Assembly: GCA_039815375.1 (NCBI GenBank)
Contig: JBCBZJ010000001.1
Coordinates: 160,001-224,000 of the forward strand
DNA length: 64,000 nucleotides
Direction: 5' to 3'
DNA from: Verrucomicrobiota bacterium
GTDB lineage: Bacteria > Verrucomicrobiota > Verrucomicrobiia > Opitutales > Coraliomargaritaceae
Under the pieces are notes generated by a model. It searched no databases, had not been told where the DNA came from, and saw nothing but the letters and a program-made list of their open reading frames with translations. The translations under genes and the position numbers were made by a program. Shown in pieces: positions 28,715-38,662 of the stretch (within the stretch, counting starts at the first letter, position 1; the number at the start of each line of letters is the position of its first letter).

Positions 28715-29971
28715 ATGATTGAAGAACGCAGGATTCAACGAGTCGTCGTCACAGGAATTGGGACCATAAATGCCCACGGAGTTGGCGTAGAGCCATTTTG
28801 GAGCGGTTTGCTGGAAGGGAAAAGCGGCATTCAACGAGTCGAGAATTTCGACATCACTGAATATCCCTGCCAGGTCGGTGCAGAAGTGCGTGAGTTTGAT
28901 ATCACAGACTTCATGGATCCGAAGGAAGCCCGCCGGAATGACCGCTACACGCACTTTGCTGTAGCTTCTTCCAAGCTCGCACTTCAGGACGCCGGCATAG
29001 ATTCCTCAAGCCTGGATCCAGAGCGGTTCGGTGTCTTGGTCGGTTCCGGAATTGGCGGTATCGATACAATTCAAAAGCAGAGCTTCCGCATGTTCAAAAT
29101 GGGGCCACGCAAGGTTTCGCCCTTCATGATCCCTTCGCTAATCGCGAATATTGCCAGTGGTGTCGTTGCCATCGAAATTGGCGCGCGTGGCCCGAATTAT
29201 GGTATCGTCAGCGCCTGCTCTACGGCGACTCACACGATTGGTGAGTCGTTCCGCATCCTGCGTGATGGTGAGGCAGATGTCATGATTGCAGGGGGAACCG
29301 AGGCTGCTATGAATGAGCTTGGTTACGCGGGTTTCTGCTCAATGAGGGCGATGAGCACCCAATACAATGAGACGCCTACGCGTGCGAGTCGCCCATTTGA
29401 CAAAGGCCGTGACGGTTTCGTTATGGGTGAGGGCGCAGGCGTTCTGACTCTCGAAACGCTTGAGCACGCTCAGGCACGCGGTGCGCGGATTTACGCGGAA
29501 GTTTCCAGCTACGCAGCGACCTGCGATGCTTACCATATCACCTCTCCGGATCCGGAGGGTAAGGCGCTAAGCGCAGCGCTTAATAAAGTGATCAAGGATG
29601 CCGGTCTACAGGCTGAAGACGTCGACTACATCAATGCGCACGGCACTTCGACACCCTATAACGACAAGTTTGAAACGGGTGCGATTAAGAAAGCTCTAGG
29701 CGATCATGCCAATAAAGTCCTAGTCAGTTCGACCAAGTCGATGACGGGTCACCTTCTTGGTGCTGCGGGTGGTATCGAGTCTGCAGTTTGCTCGCTGGCA
29801 ATTCACAATAGCAAGGTGCCACCAACGATCAACTACGAGGAGCCGGAAGAAGGTCTCGATCTCGACTATGTGCCGAATGAAGCGCGTGAGGCCAACGTCG
29901 ACGTCGCAATTTGCAACAATTCCGGTTTTGGTGGGCATAATGCTGCCCTATTGTTTAAGAAGTTCCTTTAG
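28715..29971 (+). CDS. fabF: 3-oxoacyl-ACP synthase II
   Basis: VVVTGIG, SAC, NAHGTST, GHLLGAAG, SGFGGHN. Confidence 0.97.
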   Translation: MIEERRIQRVVVTGIGTINAHGVGVEPFWSGLLEGKSGIQRVENFDITEYPCQVGAEVREFDITDFMDPKEARRNDRYTHFAVASSKLALQDAGIDSSSLDPERFGVLVGSGIGGIDTIQKQSFRMFKMGPRKVSPFMIPSLIANIASGVVAIEIGARGPNYGIVSACSTATHTIGESFRILRDGEADVMIAGGTEAAMNELGYAGFCSMRAMSTQYNETPTRASRPFDKGRDGFVMGEGAGVLTLETLEHAQARGARIYAEVSSYAATCDAYHITSPDPEGKALSAALNKVIKDAGLQAEDVDYINAHGTSTPYNDKFETGAIKKALGDHANKVLVSSTKSMTGHLLGAAGGIESAVCSLAIHNSKVPPTINYEEPEEGLDLDYVPNEAREANVDVAICNNSGFGGHNAALLFKKFL

Positions 29972-30068
29972 TTGACGATTTTTCAAGTTCGCGAGTTGTC
30001 GTTTTCATCCTCCGATTCGTTTGTCGGCTTGCATCGGCGACTGACATTGGCAGCGTCAGACGCTTCTG

Positions 30069-30707
30069 ATGACACCCGGATTTAGCAGCTTAAAGCCCCG
30101 AATTGCCGTAGTCGACTACGGCATGGGCAACTTGCGCAGTGTGTTGCGTGCGTGGCAGCATATCGGTGCGGACGCTCAGCTGGTTGAAACACCGGATCAG
30201 ACTAGAGGTGCGGATGCACTCGTCTTTCCTGGGCAAGGGGCGATCGTTGACACGATGCGCCTCCTGAAGAAAACCGGTTTCGATAACTCTATTCGCGACT
30301 GGATTGCGGCGGACAAGCCTTTCTTCGGAATCTGTCTCGGCTTGCAGGCGCTTTTCGAGCATTCGGAGGAGGGCGATACACCTGCGCTTGGGGTCTTCAA
30401 AGGTTCAGTCAAGCGCTTCCAAATCGATCCTTCTTTGAAGATCCCTCACATGGGATGGAACGCTGTCAGCTTCAAAGAAGGAGCCTTACTTACCGAAGGT
30501 CTGGAAAGCGGCGGAGATCAATTCTATTTCGTGCACAGCTATTATGTGGTGCCGGAGGACCCTGCACTGATGCTCTTCGAAACCGATTATGGCGGAAAAT
30601 TTGTTTCCGGGATTTGCTCCGGCCGCTGTGTCGCCACACAATTCCACCCTGAAAAAAGTCAGGCAAAAGGATTGCATCTTTATCGTAATTTTTTGAAAAC
30701 GCTTTAG
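30069..30707 (+). CDS. hisH: Imidazole glycerol phosphate synthase glutaminase subunit
   Basis: DYGMGNL, GICLGLQ, PHMGWN, YFVHSY, QFHPEKS. Confidence 0.97.
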   Translation: MTPGFSSLKPRIAVVDYGMGNLRSVLRAWQHIGADAQLVETPDQTRGADALVFPGQGAIVDTMRLLKKTGFDNSIRDWIAADKPFFGICLGLQALFEHSEEGDTPALGVFKGSVKRFQIDPSLKIPHMGWNAVSFKEGALLTEGLESGGDQFYFVHSYYVVPEDPALMLFETDYGGKFVSGICSGRCVATQFHPEKSQAKGLHLYRNFLKTL

Positions 30708-30772
30708 CCCTAGGCCCTTTACAGTCAGGGCTTTCCTATCTCTTTAGACGACGTAGACACCCAATACAAATC

Positions 30773-32083
30773 ATGGAAAACACCGGCACGATTCGACTCG
30801 GCGATGAAAATTTCGAGTTCCCCATTATTGAAGGAAGCGAAGGCGAGAAAGCTATAGATGCCCGGACTCTCCGCGCCAAGAGTGGTTGCATCACCTTCGA
30901 CGAAGGTTACGGCAACACGGGCTCCTGTTTAAGCGACATTACATTCATTGACGGAGAGAAAGGGATTTTGCGCCACCGCGGATACCCTATAGAAGAACTT
31001 GCGGAGAATTCATCTTTTCTTGAGGCAGCCATGCTCATTATTTACGGCGAGTTGCCATGTGAGAGTTGTCTGGAAGCTTTTCGCAAGCATGTCCGTGTAA
31101 ACGCTTCCGTTCATACTGGAATGCATCATCACTTCGATGGGTTCCCGAGCGATGCACACCCGATGGCAATCCTGTCTTCGATGCTGAATTCCCTCGGTGC
31201 CTACTATCCCGAGATGTCGTCGAACAACCGGGAGCAGGACCTTGCTCATTTTGATGAGAGCGCAGCGCTTCTAATTTCAAAGGTCCGCACCATTGCTGCT
31301 ATGACCTATCGCATGAAAATGGGCATGCCCTTCGTCTACCCGGCTGACAAGCGCTACACGGAGAATTTTCTCCATATGATGTTCTCGGAACCCTACAAGG
31401 AATATCATGATACACATGGCGCCTCGCGTGCGCTCGATCTTTTCCTGATGCTACACGCAGATCATGAGCAAAACTGCTCCACATCTACGGTAAGAATGGT
31501 CGCATCAGGCGGAGCAAATCTGTTTGCTTCCGTTTCCGCAGGTGTTTGTGCGCTCTGGGGCCCATCGCATGGTGGTGCCAATATGGCTGTGATCAAGATG
31601 CTTGAGGAGATTCATGCAGACGGTGATGACGGCACTCGCTTCATCGAAGCTGCGAAAAGAGGCGAGGCAAAGCTCATGGGCTTTGGCCACCGCGTTTACA
31701 AGAACTATGATCCGCGCGCCAAAATACTTGGAAAGAGCGCCGAGGGCATGCTTCAGAGCATGGGCATGAAGGATCCGCTTCTTGATATTGCAAAGCGTTT
31801 GGAGCAGGCCGCGCTTGAGGATGAGTATTTTGTCAGCCGCAAGCTCTATCCCAACGTCGATTTCTATAGTGGCATCATTCTTAAGGCTATTGGCATCCCG
31901 GTGGAGATGTTTACCGTGATGTTTGCTATTGGCCGTATGCCCGGTTGGATTGCGAACTGGAAAGAAATCGCGGAAAATCCGAAGAGTCGCATCCATCGTC
32001 CTCGCCAGATTTACACCGGTAAGACTTTGCGCGATTATATTGATTTAGGCGATCGTGAAGCTGAAACAAACTGTCCGCACTAA
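30773..32083 (+). CDS. gltA: Citrate synthase
   Basis: [34 protein letters not shown]. Confidence 0.97.
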   Translation: MENTGTIRLGDENFEFPIIEGSEGEKAIDARTLRAKSGCITFDEGYGNTGSCLSDITFIDGEKGILRHRGYPIEELAENSSFLEAAMLIIYGELPCESCLEAFRKHVRVNASVHTGMHHHFDGFPSDAHPMAILSSMLNSLGAYYPEMSSNNREQDLAHFDESAALLISKVRTIAAMTYRMKMGMPFVYPADKRYTENFLHMMFSEPYKEYHDTHGASRALDLFLMLHADHEQNCSTSTVRMVASGGANLFASVSAGVCALWGPSHGGANMAVIKMLEEIHADGDDGTRFIEAAKRGEAKLMGFGHRVYKNYDPRAKILGKSAEGMLQSMGMKDPLLDIAKRLEQAALEDEYFVSRKLYPNVDFYSGIILKAIGIPVEMFTVMFAIGRMPGWIANWKEIAENPKSRIHRPRQIYTGKTLRDYIDLGDREAETNCPH

Positions 32084-32098
32084 GCATTGGAAGGAAAA

Positions 32099-32677
32099 CT
32101 AGCCCCATTCGGGCGGATTCTGCAGCTCAGGTTTCAGGACACCGATACAGGGTAACTGCCGGTAGTGTTCGGCAAAATCGAGTCCATAGCCGACGACGAA
32201 TTCATCCGGAATATTGAAGCCGATAAAGTCTGCTTCGAAATCAGCCTTCCTCGTTGCCTGTTTTTCGAGTAACACACATGTCCGAAGTGAGGCAGGTTTC
32301 ATGGACCGCAGGACATTCGATATTTGTGCAAGCGTTGTCCCTGTATCTAAAACGTCATCGATCAGCAACACATCAAGTCCTTCTATATCGAGCCGAATGC
32401 GGTCGATGATCTCGGGTTGCTGGACTTTATCAGCCTCTTCCTTGTAGCTTGCGACCCGTACGCAATCGAGTTGAATGGGAAGTTTAAGTTCACGGATCAG
32501 GTCTGCGACAAAGATAACGGCACCGTTAATTATCGCGATGACAGCGATCTCACGGCCTTCGTAAGTGGCTGTGATTTCTTTGCCCATCTCTTTTAGACGC
32601 TCTTTGATAGCTGCCTCTTCGACGAGAATTTCATCAAGGTCTTCAAGAGGATTAGGAAGTGCGCTGTCAGCTTGCAT
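32099..32677 (-). CDS. hpt: Hypoxanthine phosphoribosyltransferase
   Basis: [21 protein letters not shown]. Confidence 0.95.
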   Translation of the reverse strand: MQADSALPNPLEDLDEILVEEAAIKERLKEMGKEITATYEGREIAVIAIINGAVIFVADLIRELKLPIQLDCVRVASYKEEADKVQQPEIIDRIRLDIEGLDVLLIDDVLDTGTTLAQISNVLRSMKPASLRTCVLLEKQATRKADFEADFIGFNIPDEFVVGYGLDFAEHYRQLPCIGVLKPELQNPPEWG

Positions 32678-32893
32678 AGGAGGACCTTTATGCCCAACGC
32701 AAACGAGATTTCAAGTCTGGTCGAGGTGGCTTAGACTAGTCTGCTTGCAAAGTGGAAAGATGCACCGTCAAAGAGAAGATTTGTATTTTGTGTGAAGAAT
32801 GACAGCAAATCCGAAAACGAGGGGGAAAACCAAGATAAACAGGAAATGTAAGGATAAACTGGTTTCTATAACAATGAGTTGGGGTTGTTATAC

Positions 32894-32923
32894 AAAAAAA
32901 GCTCACCCTTATGGGTGAGCTTT
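32894..32923 (-). terminator. Intrinsic terminator of the PEP-CTERM gene
   Basis: A7-GCTCACCC-TTAT-GGGTGAGC-TTT. Confidence 0.85.
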
Positions 32924-32945
32924 GATTTCATAAAATAGTGAGTCT

Positions 32946-33674
32946 TTAGCTGCGGCGGCGAATAGCGCTTAGAATTAAAGCTACGGATCCAAATAAAAAT
33001 CCTACAGTAGACGGCTCAGGGATAGCAACCAATTGGAGCGCATTGATGTGTGCTGCATCTGAACCGGTTGCAAGGACCAGCTCAATATTACCCGATCCAT
33101 CTGTGCTGATGTTGTTAAATGCGTATACAGAAGGACTATCATTGGGATCGACATTGAGAAACGATCCACCAGTTATAGTTGCAGTCGCTTGATCCCGTGC
33201 GGTTGTGTCGGTCCAGGATTGAAACTCAAGGTCGTAGGTAAGGCTATCATCCAAGCCTGTGAAGGTGAATGTAGCATTGTTTGCCGTAACATAGAAAACA
33301 TCTACTTGAGCTGTATCCGGAACTGCACCGATACCGCTAAAGGAAGCAGTTGCTCCCTCCGATACGACGGTAAGCCCCCCTATGCCTATTGTATTAAGAC
33401 CTGTTCCAGACGATGCAACATCTAGACCAATGCCAGTGGCAGCGCCATCGGAAAGTCGAATTAGATCAGAATCTAAAGTTAGAGAAGTTGATTGAAAGTT
33501 CCCCGCGTCACCAGCTTGGGCGGTTACAATATTATTCCAATTTCCGGGTGTTGTTGAAGCTTTTTTAGAAAAATCAATTGCGATGACATCGCCGGATGTA
33601 ATTGCAGCACTCGCAGTTACGGTGCCAGCAAGCATGCAAATCGCTACAGGAATCGATTGTATATGTATTTTCAT
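32946..33674 (-). CDS. PEP-CTERM sorting domain protein
   Basis: Signal peptide; Thr/Ser/Gly-rich body; C-terminal IPEPST + TM + RRRS. Confidence 0.92.
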   Translation of the reverse strand: MKIHIQSIPVAICMLAGTVTASAAITSGDVIAIDFSKKASTTPGNWNNIVTAQAGDAGNFQSTSLTLDSDLIRLSDGAATGIGLDVASSGTGLNTIGIGGLTVVSEGATASFSGIGAVPDTAQVDVFYVTANNATFTFTGLDDSLTYDLEFQSWTDTTARDQATATITGGSFLNVDPNDSPSVYAFNNISTDGSGNIELVLATGSDAAHINALQLVAIPEPSTVGFLFGSVALILSAIRRRS

Positions 33675-33844
33675 GTTATTTTAAGTGTAAGGGTTGAGAA
33701 GTAGAGCTAAATCAGTAGAAAACCAGTTTTACTACATTAAATACCCTATAATTTTACTTATATGTCAACGATAAGATAAACGACTGTAGAAGGTAAATTA
33801 GGGTATCGAGCTAAGGAGGGCTGCCCTCAGTCGTCTGCGATTCT

Positions 33845-34063
33845 TGCATGATATGGCGAGTGCCTGAGTATGGGTGACTAAGCCCCGTGCCTGCTCCATC
33901 CGTCATACAGAACTGTATGACGAAAGTCCTCTGACTGCTTTGAGAGCCCGGGTAGGGGCAGTTTAAAGGCGTTCCGGATTGGCGTCGTAATAGGCCAGCA
34001 GGCGCGTAAGTTTACATGCTTTTTCGGCCTTCAATTGCCGGGCACCTCGCTCATCTCATTGCA
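33845..34063. ncRNA. Candidate structured ncRNA / orphan IS110-type non-coding end
   Basis: Nested stems 33856-33866/34039-34050, 33867-33872/34015-34020 and 33886-33895/33997-34006, plus a perfect hairpin 33901-33910/33913-33922; no long ORF. Confidence 0.55.
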
Positions 34064-35196
34064 TAATCCGGGTTGAAACGTTGATGGACGATAGCTCCGT
34101 CCTGTGTGATCAGACAGCCCTTTAGAATCTCGTCATCTCGATTAAAGACGAAATCTTTTTCTTCCTTGTCCCAGAAGTGCTCGATCAGGCTATAGAAATT
34201 CGAGGCTAGCATTTGGGTCGCGTCCTTTGGGTAGTAGCCCTCCAGGTTTTCAGGACCTATGAGACGGACACCGTTTGCAGTCATAACTTCCTCGCCGACT
34301 TTGGAGCCCGCTACGTTGCCGCCTGATTCGACGGCCAGGTCCACGACGATACTGCCCGGCTGCATTTGCCTGAGAACGTCCTCGTTGAGGATTTGTGGCG
34401 CTCTACGGCCGAAGAGTTTGGCCGTCGTGATTACAACATCAGCTCGTGCACAGGCCTTGGCCATTTCCGCACGTTGTTTATCCAGCTGTTCGGAAGTGAG
34501 TTCTTTTGCATAGCCCTGGTCGGTTTGCCCTGTATCACCAAGATCGACTTTGACGAACTTTGCTCCGAGCGATTTGACCTGCTCTTCGACCACGGGTCGG
34601 GTATCGAAGGCTTCGACTCTAGCTCCAAGGCGCTTAGCCGTAGCGATGGCCTGAAGCCCCGCGACACCTACACCGATAATGAAAACGCGCGCAGGCGAAA
34701 TGGTTCCTGACGGCGTCATCATCATGGGTAGGATCTTGCGCATGCGATTAGTGGCAAGGGTGACGGCCGCATAGCCGGCAAGGTTGGCTTGGGAAGAGAG
34801 TGCGTCCATCTTTTGGGCCAGTGTGGAGCGTGGAATCATTTCCATGCTAATCGCTGAGATCTGGCGTTGGGCGATTTCTCTGATGAGCTCCGTTTCGTTG
34901 AAGGGGTCAAGGAAGCTGATATGAAGCACACCGGCTTTGAGGGCTTCAAGATCGGTGCTCTCTGGCTTGCGCACGCGGATCACTATATCTGCTTGGGCCG
35001 ATGCCTCGGAAGCATTCTGAACAACTTTCACTCCTGCCTTTTCATATGCGGCATCCGGATAGTCTGATTGCAGGCCGATTCCTTCTTGCACGGAAACCTC
35101 CAGGCCAAGGTCCTTTAGTTTCCCGGCAATCGCTGGCGATAGGGCGGCACGAGTTTCAGCAGGGTGGGTTTCGAGTGGAGCGAAGAGGCGTTTCAT
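34051..35196 (-). CDS. pntA: NAD(P) transhydrogenase alpha subunit, soluble domain I only (PntAA)
   Basis: ETRAA, RSTLAQKMDALSSQANLAGY, GVGVAGLQA, GYAKE, VDLAVESGGN; no TM segment. Confidence 0.93.
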   Translation of the reverse strand: MKRLFAPLETHPAETRAALSPAIAGKLKDLGLEVSVQEGIGLQSDYPDAAYEKAGVKVVQNASEASAQADIVIRVRKPESTDLEALKAGVLHISFLDPFNETELIREIAQRQISAISMEMIPRSTLAQKMDALSSQANLAGYAAVTLATNRMRKILPMMMTPSGTISPARVFIIGVGVAGLQAIATAKRLGARVEAFDTRPVVEEQVKSLGAKFVKVDLGDTGQTDQGYAKELTSEQLDKQRAEMAKACARADVVITTAKLFGRRAPQILNEDVLRQMQPGSIVVDLAVESGGNVAGSKVGEEVMTANGVRLIGPENLEGYYPKDATQMLASNFYSLIEHFWDKEEKDFVFNRDDEILKGCLITQDGAIVHQRFNPDYAMR

Positions 35197-35345
35197 AAAG
35201 ATACTTTTCAACAGCACCTCCCTTGCTTCTGAGCGGCAAGAGCAAATTGACGATACGTGTTGAGTGATAAACTGCGCAGCTAGAGGCTATTAGAAAGTGA
35301 AGCGGGCAAGGCTTGGTTTTCAGCTAATTTTCAACCTTGAGGTCC

Positions 35346-35378
35346 AAAAAAAGCCGAGTGCTTACACACCCGGCTTTT
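35346..35378 (-). terminator. Intrinsic terminator after fbaA
   Basis: A-run, AAGCCGAGTG / CACCCGGCTT stem, T-run. Confidence 0.8.
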
Positions 35379-35399
35379 CGTGAAAAAATGTCGTATTGA

Positions 35400-36431
35400 T
35401 TAAACTGTTTCGAAGATGGTCTTGCCCTCTGAGCAAAGGTCCTCACAAGCCTGAACAAGACGGGCAGCCATATTGACTTCGCCTTTCTTCAGGTAACTGC
35501 GCGGATCGTAAGTCTTCTTGTTGCCAACTTCACCATCAATCTTAAGCACGCCTTCAATGTTCTCACAAATATGGGTTACGATCGGGCGGGTGAAGGCATA
35601 TTGTGTGTCGGTATCAATGTTCATCTTGACCACGCCGTAGCCGAGAGTCTCGCGAATGTCGCCAAGCTCGGAACCGGAGCCGCCGTGGAAGACCAGATCG
35701 AAACGCTTCTCAGCACCATACTTTTCTTCAACTGCAGCCTGGCCGTCACGAAGAATGGTTGGCTTGAGCTGAACGGCGCCCGGCTTGTAAGCGCCGTGGA
35801 CGTTGCCGAAAGTGGCTGCAAAAAGGAAGCGGCCAATGCCGTCGAGCGACTCGTGCACGGTGACCATGTCCTCAGGAGTGGTATAAAGTTTCTCGGCTGG
35901 TACACCGGATGTGTCGTGGCCGTCCTCTTCGCCGCCAACAACACCTGCTTCGATTTCGAGAATGATGTCGAGTTCGGCACATTCCTTGAGGAGGGCCTTT
36001 GATATTTCCATGTTCTCCTCAAGCGAAACGACGGAGCCGTCGAACATGTGGGATTGGAAGAGTGGACCCTTGCCTTCGGCAATGCGTTTGCGGGAAGCTT
36101 CAAGGAGCGGTTTCAGGAATCCGTCAACCTTCTCAGGGTGACAGTGGTCCGTGTGGAGGCCGACGAGGATATCGTATTTCTCCGCAAGAATGTGAGTGGC
36201 CTCCGCGAGCACAATTGCACCGAAAGCAGCATCCTTCACGTCGACGCCGGATGCGAACTGACCGCCGCCGGTAGATACTTGTATGATACCGTCCGACTTC
36301 GCATCGGCAAAGGCTTTGAGTGCGGCATTGATCGTGGTGATCGAGGTGATGTTGACGGCCGGGTAGGCATAGTTGCCTTTCTGGGCAGCATCAATCATCG
36401 CGGCGTATTGAGCAGGTGTTGCTACTGGCAT
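35400..36431 (-). CDS. fbaA: Fructose-bisphosphate aldolase class II
   Basis: LHTDHC, SHMFDGS, GGEEDG, FGNVHG, FHGGSGS, KMNIDTD. Confidence 0.96.
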   Translation of the reverse strand: MPVATPAQYAAMIDAAQKGNYAYPAVNITSITTINAALKAFADAKSDGIIQVSTGGGQFASGVDVKDAAFGAIVLAEATHILAEKYDILVGLHTDHCHPEKVDGFLKPLLEASRKRIAEGKGPLFQSHMFDGSVVSLEENMEISKALLKECAELDIILEIEAGVVGGEEDGHDTSGVPAEKLYTTPEDMVTVHESLDGIGRFLFAATFGNVHGAYKPGAVQLKPTILRDGQAAVEEKYGAEKRFDLVFHGGSGSELGDIRETLGYGVVKMNIDTDTQYAFTRPIVTHICENIEGVLKIDGEVGNKKTYDPRSYLKKGEVNMAARLVQACEDLCSEGKTIFETV

Positions 36432-36592
36432 GACTTGGATTAGTTTATTTTATGTAATTTCTGACTAAGTTTAGTAGTCCTGATGTGAAAATTCATGAAG
36501 AAGCAACATAATTCCTTTACTCCCGGGTTTTTCAATATCGGATTTCGTCTCTTCCACTTGCAGAGGATCGTGTCGTCCCTTTTCCTTGATCA

Positions 36593-38662
36593 GTGGATTT
36601 TAAACTAGCTAGTGAGTATGCCCCGCAGGGTGATCAGCCCGAGGCTATCCAGGCTTTGGCAGACTCATTGCGTTCGGGAAACCGTTATCAGACGCTCCTC
36701 GGTGTGACGGGATCGGGTAAGACTTTTTCTATGGCGAATGTGATTCAAGAGCTGCAGCGACCTGCACTCATCATTTCGCACAACAAGACTCTGGCTGCGC
36801 AGCTCTATTCTGAGTTCAAGGCTTTTTTCCCTGAAAACGCGGTCGAATACTTTGTGAGCTATTACGACTATTATCAACCGGAGGCCTATATCCCGCAAAC
36901 AGACACTTATATTGAGAAAGACTCTTCGATTAACGACGAGATTGAGCGCCTGCGAATCTCAGCTTCATCCTCGCTACTGAGTCGGCGTGATGTGATTGTG
37001 ATCGCGAGCGTATCCTGCATCTACGGTCTGGGCTCACCGGATGATTTTAAAACCATGATGATTCCGCTCGAACCCGGGATGGAAATTTCTCGCGATGCGT
37101 TCCTGGAGCGGCTGGTGGGTGCCCTCTATAATCGCAACGATATTGAATTTAAGAACGGTGCTTTCCGAGTGCGCGGTGATGTGGTCGATATCTATCCAGC
37201 CTACATGGAGAGTGCGATTCGCGTCGAATTTTGGGGTGACGAGATCGAGAGCATTCGGGAATTGGAACCTGTCACCGGCGAGGCGGGTGCATCGTTGAGT
37301 ATGTTCAACTTGTATCCGGCAACTCAATACGTAACACCCAAAGATAAGATCGACTCGGCGGTCAAGGGCATCCGTCAGGAGCTCGACAAGCGCGTCGCGC
37401 AGTTTGAATCCGAGAGCAAGCTGATCGAGGCACAACGTATACGAATGCGCACGGAATATGATATCGAGTTGCTGCAGGAAATGGGTTTCTGCACCGGCAT
37501 CGAGAACTATTCACGTTACCTTTCCGGGCGAAAGCCGGGTGAGCGCCCTTTTTGCCTGATCGATTTCTTTCCTGAGGATTTCTTACTTTTTATTGATGAG
37601 AGCCATGTGACATTGCCGCAGGTCCGAGCCATGTATAACGGGGACCGGGCTCGCAAGGAGCGACTTGTTGAATACGGCTTTCGCCTCCCTTCTGCGCTCG
37701 ATAACCGGCCGCAGAAGATCGAGGAATTTGAGGAGATCACAGATCAAACCGTTTATGTTTCGGCAACGCCTGCCGAACACGAGTATAATGTGTCGAAGAC
37801 TATTGCGGAGCAGGTCATTCGTCCGACTGGGCTTGTCGATCCGGCGATGGAGATCCGCCCGATCAAGGGGCAGGTTGAGGATTTTATTGGAGAAGCCCGG
37901 CGAGCTGCTGATGCTGACGAGCGCGTGTTGGCGACGACTTTGACGAAGAGGATGTCCGAGGATTTGACCGATTTCCTGCGCGAGTCAGGACTCAAGGTTG
38001 AATACCTGCATTCGGATATTGATGCGATTGAGCGGGTTGAGATCTTGCGGCGGCTTCGCCTCGGCGATTTTGACGTGCTTGTTGGAGTGAATCTACTGCG
38101 CGAGGGGCTTGATCTGCCTGAGGTCGCACTTGTGGCGATTTTGGATGCGGATAAGGAAGGCTTTCTTCGCAGCACGACAAGTTTGGTCCAGACGGCTGGC
38201 CGTGCGGCTCGTCACGAGAAGGGTCGTGTGCTGCTCTACGCGGACATCATGACTGGCTCAATTCAGCAGACACTGAAGACGACTGAATACCGCCGTGAGA
38301 AGCAGCTCGCTTACAACAAAGAGCACGGTATTACCCCGAAAAGCGTGCAACGTGGGATTGATGAGAGTCTGCATGCGCCCGGCAAAGGCTACGAGCAGAA
38401 GGAGGATTCAGGACTGCTGGCAGCTGAGGGGAGTGACCGCGACGTGGCGGCAGTGATCACCGAGATGGAAGAAGAAATGCTTGAGGCAGCGCGTAGGCTT
38501 GAGTTCGAAAAGGCCGCCATGATTCGCGACCAGATTGAAACTTTGCAGAGCGGTAAGCATGGTGGAGGCTCAAATGGTGCGGCCAAATCAAAACCGAAGA
38601 AGAAACGTAAATCGAAAGCTGTTTACAACGTGAAGGGTCTGCCTAAGCGGAAAGGCCGTTAA
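36593..38662 (+). CDS. uvrB: Excinuclease ABC subunit B
   Basis: GVTGSGKT, YYDYYQPEAY, DESH, C-terminal UVR domain. Confidence 0.98.
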   Translation: MDFKLASEYAPQGDQPEAIQALADSLRSGNRYQTLLGVTGSGKTFSMANVIQELQRPALIISHNKTLAAQLYSEFKAFFPENAVEYFVSYYDYYQPEAYIPQTDTYIEKDSSINDEIERLRISASSSLLSRRDVIVIASVSCIYGLGSPDDFKTMMIPLEPGMEISRDAFLERLVGALYNRNDIEFKNGAFRVRGDVVDIYPAYMESAIRVEFWGDEIESIRELEPVTGEAGASLSMFNLYPATQYVTPKDKIDSAVKGIRQELDKRVAQFESESKLIEAQRIRMRTEYDIELLQEMGFCTGIENYSRYLSGRKPGERPFCLIDFFPEDFLLFIDESHVTLPQVRAMYNGDRARKERLVEYGFRLPSALDNRPQKIEEFEEITDQTVYVSATPAEHEYNVSKTIAEQVIRPTGLVDPAMEIRPIKGQVEDFIGEARRAADADERVLATTLTKRMSEDLTDFLRESGLKVEYLHSDIDAIERVEILRRLRLGDFDVLVGVNLLREGLDLPEVALVAILDADKEGFLRSTTSLVQTAGRAARHEKGRVLLYADIMTGSIQQTLKTTEYRREKQLAYNKEHGITPKSVQRGIDESLHAPGKGYEQKEDSGLLAAEGSDRDVAAVITEMEEEMLEAARRLEFEKAAMIRDQIETLQSGKHGGGSNGAAKSKPKKKRKSKAVYNVKGLPKRKGR

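Noticed and set aside
33896..33935. Hammerhead ribozyme or RNase P (CTGTATGA, GAAAGTCC)
   Set aside because: There is no CUGANGA core placed before stem II, and the RNase P P4 partner motifs and expected length are absent.
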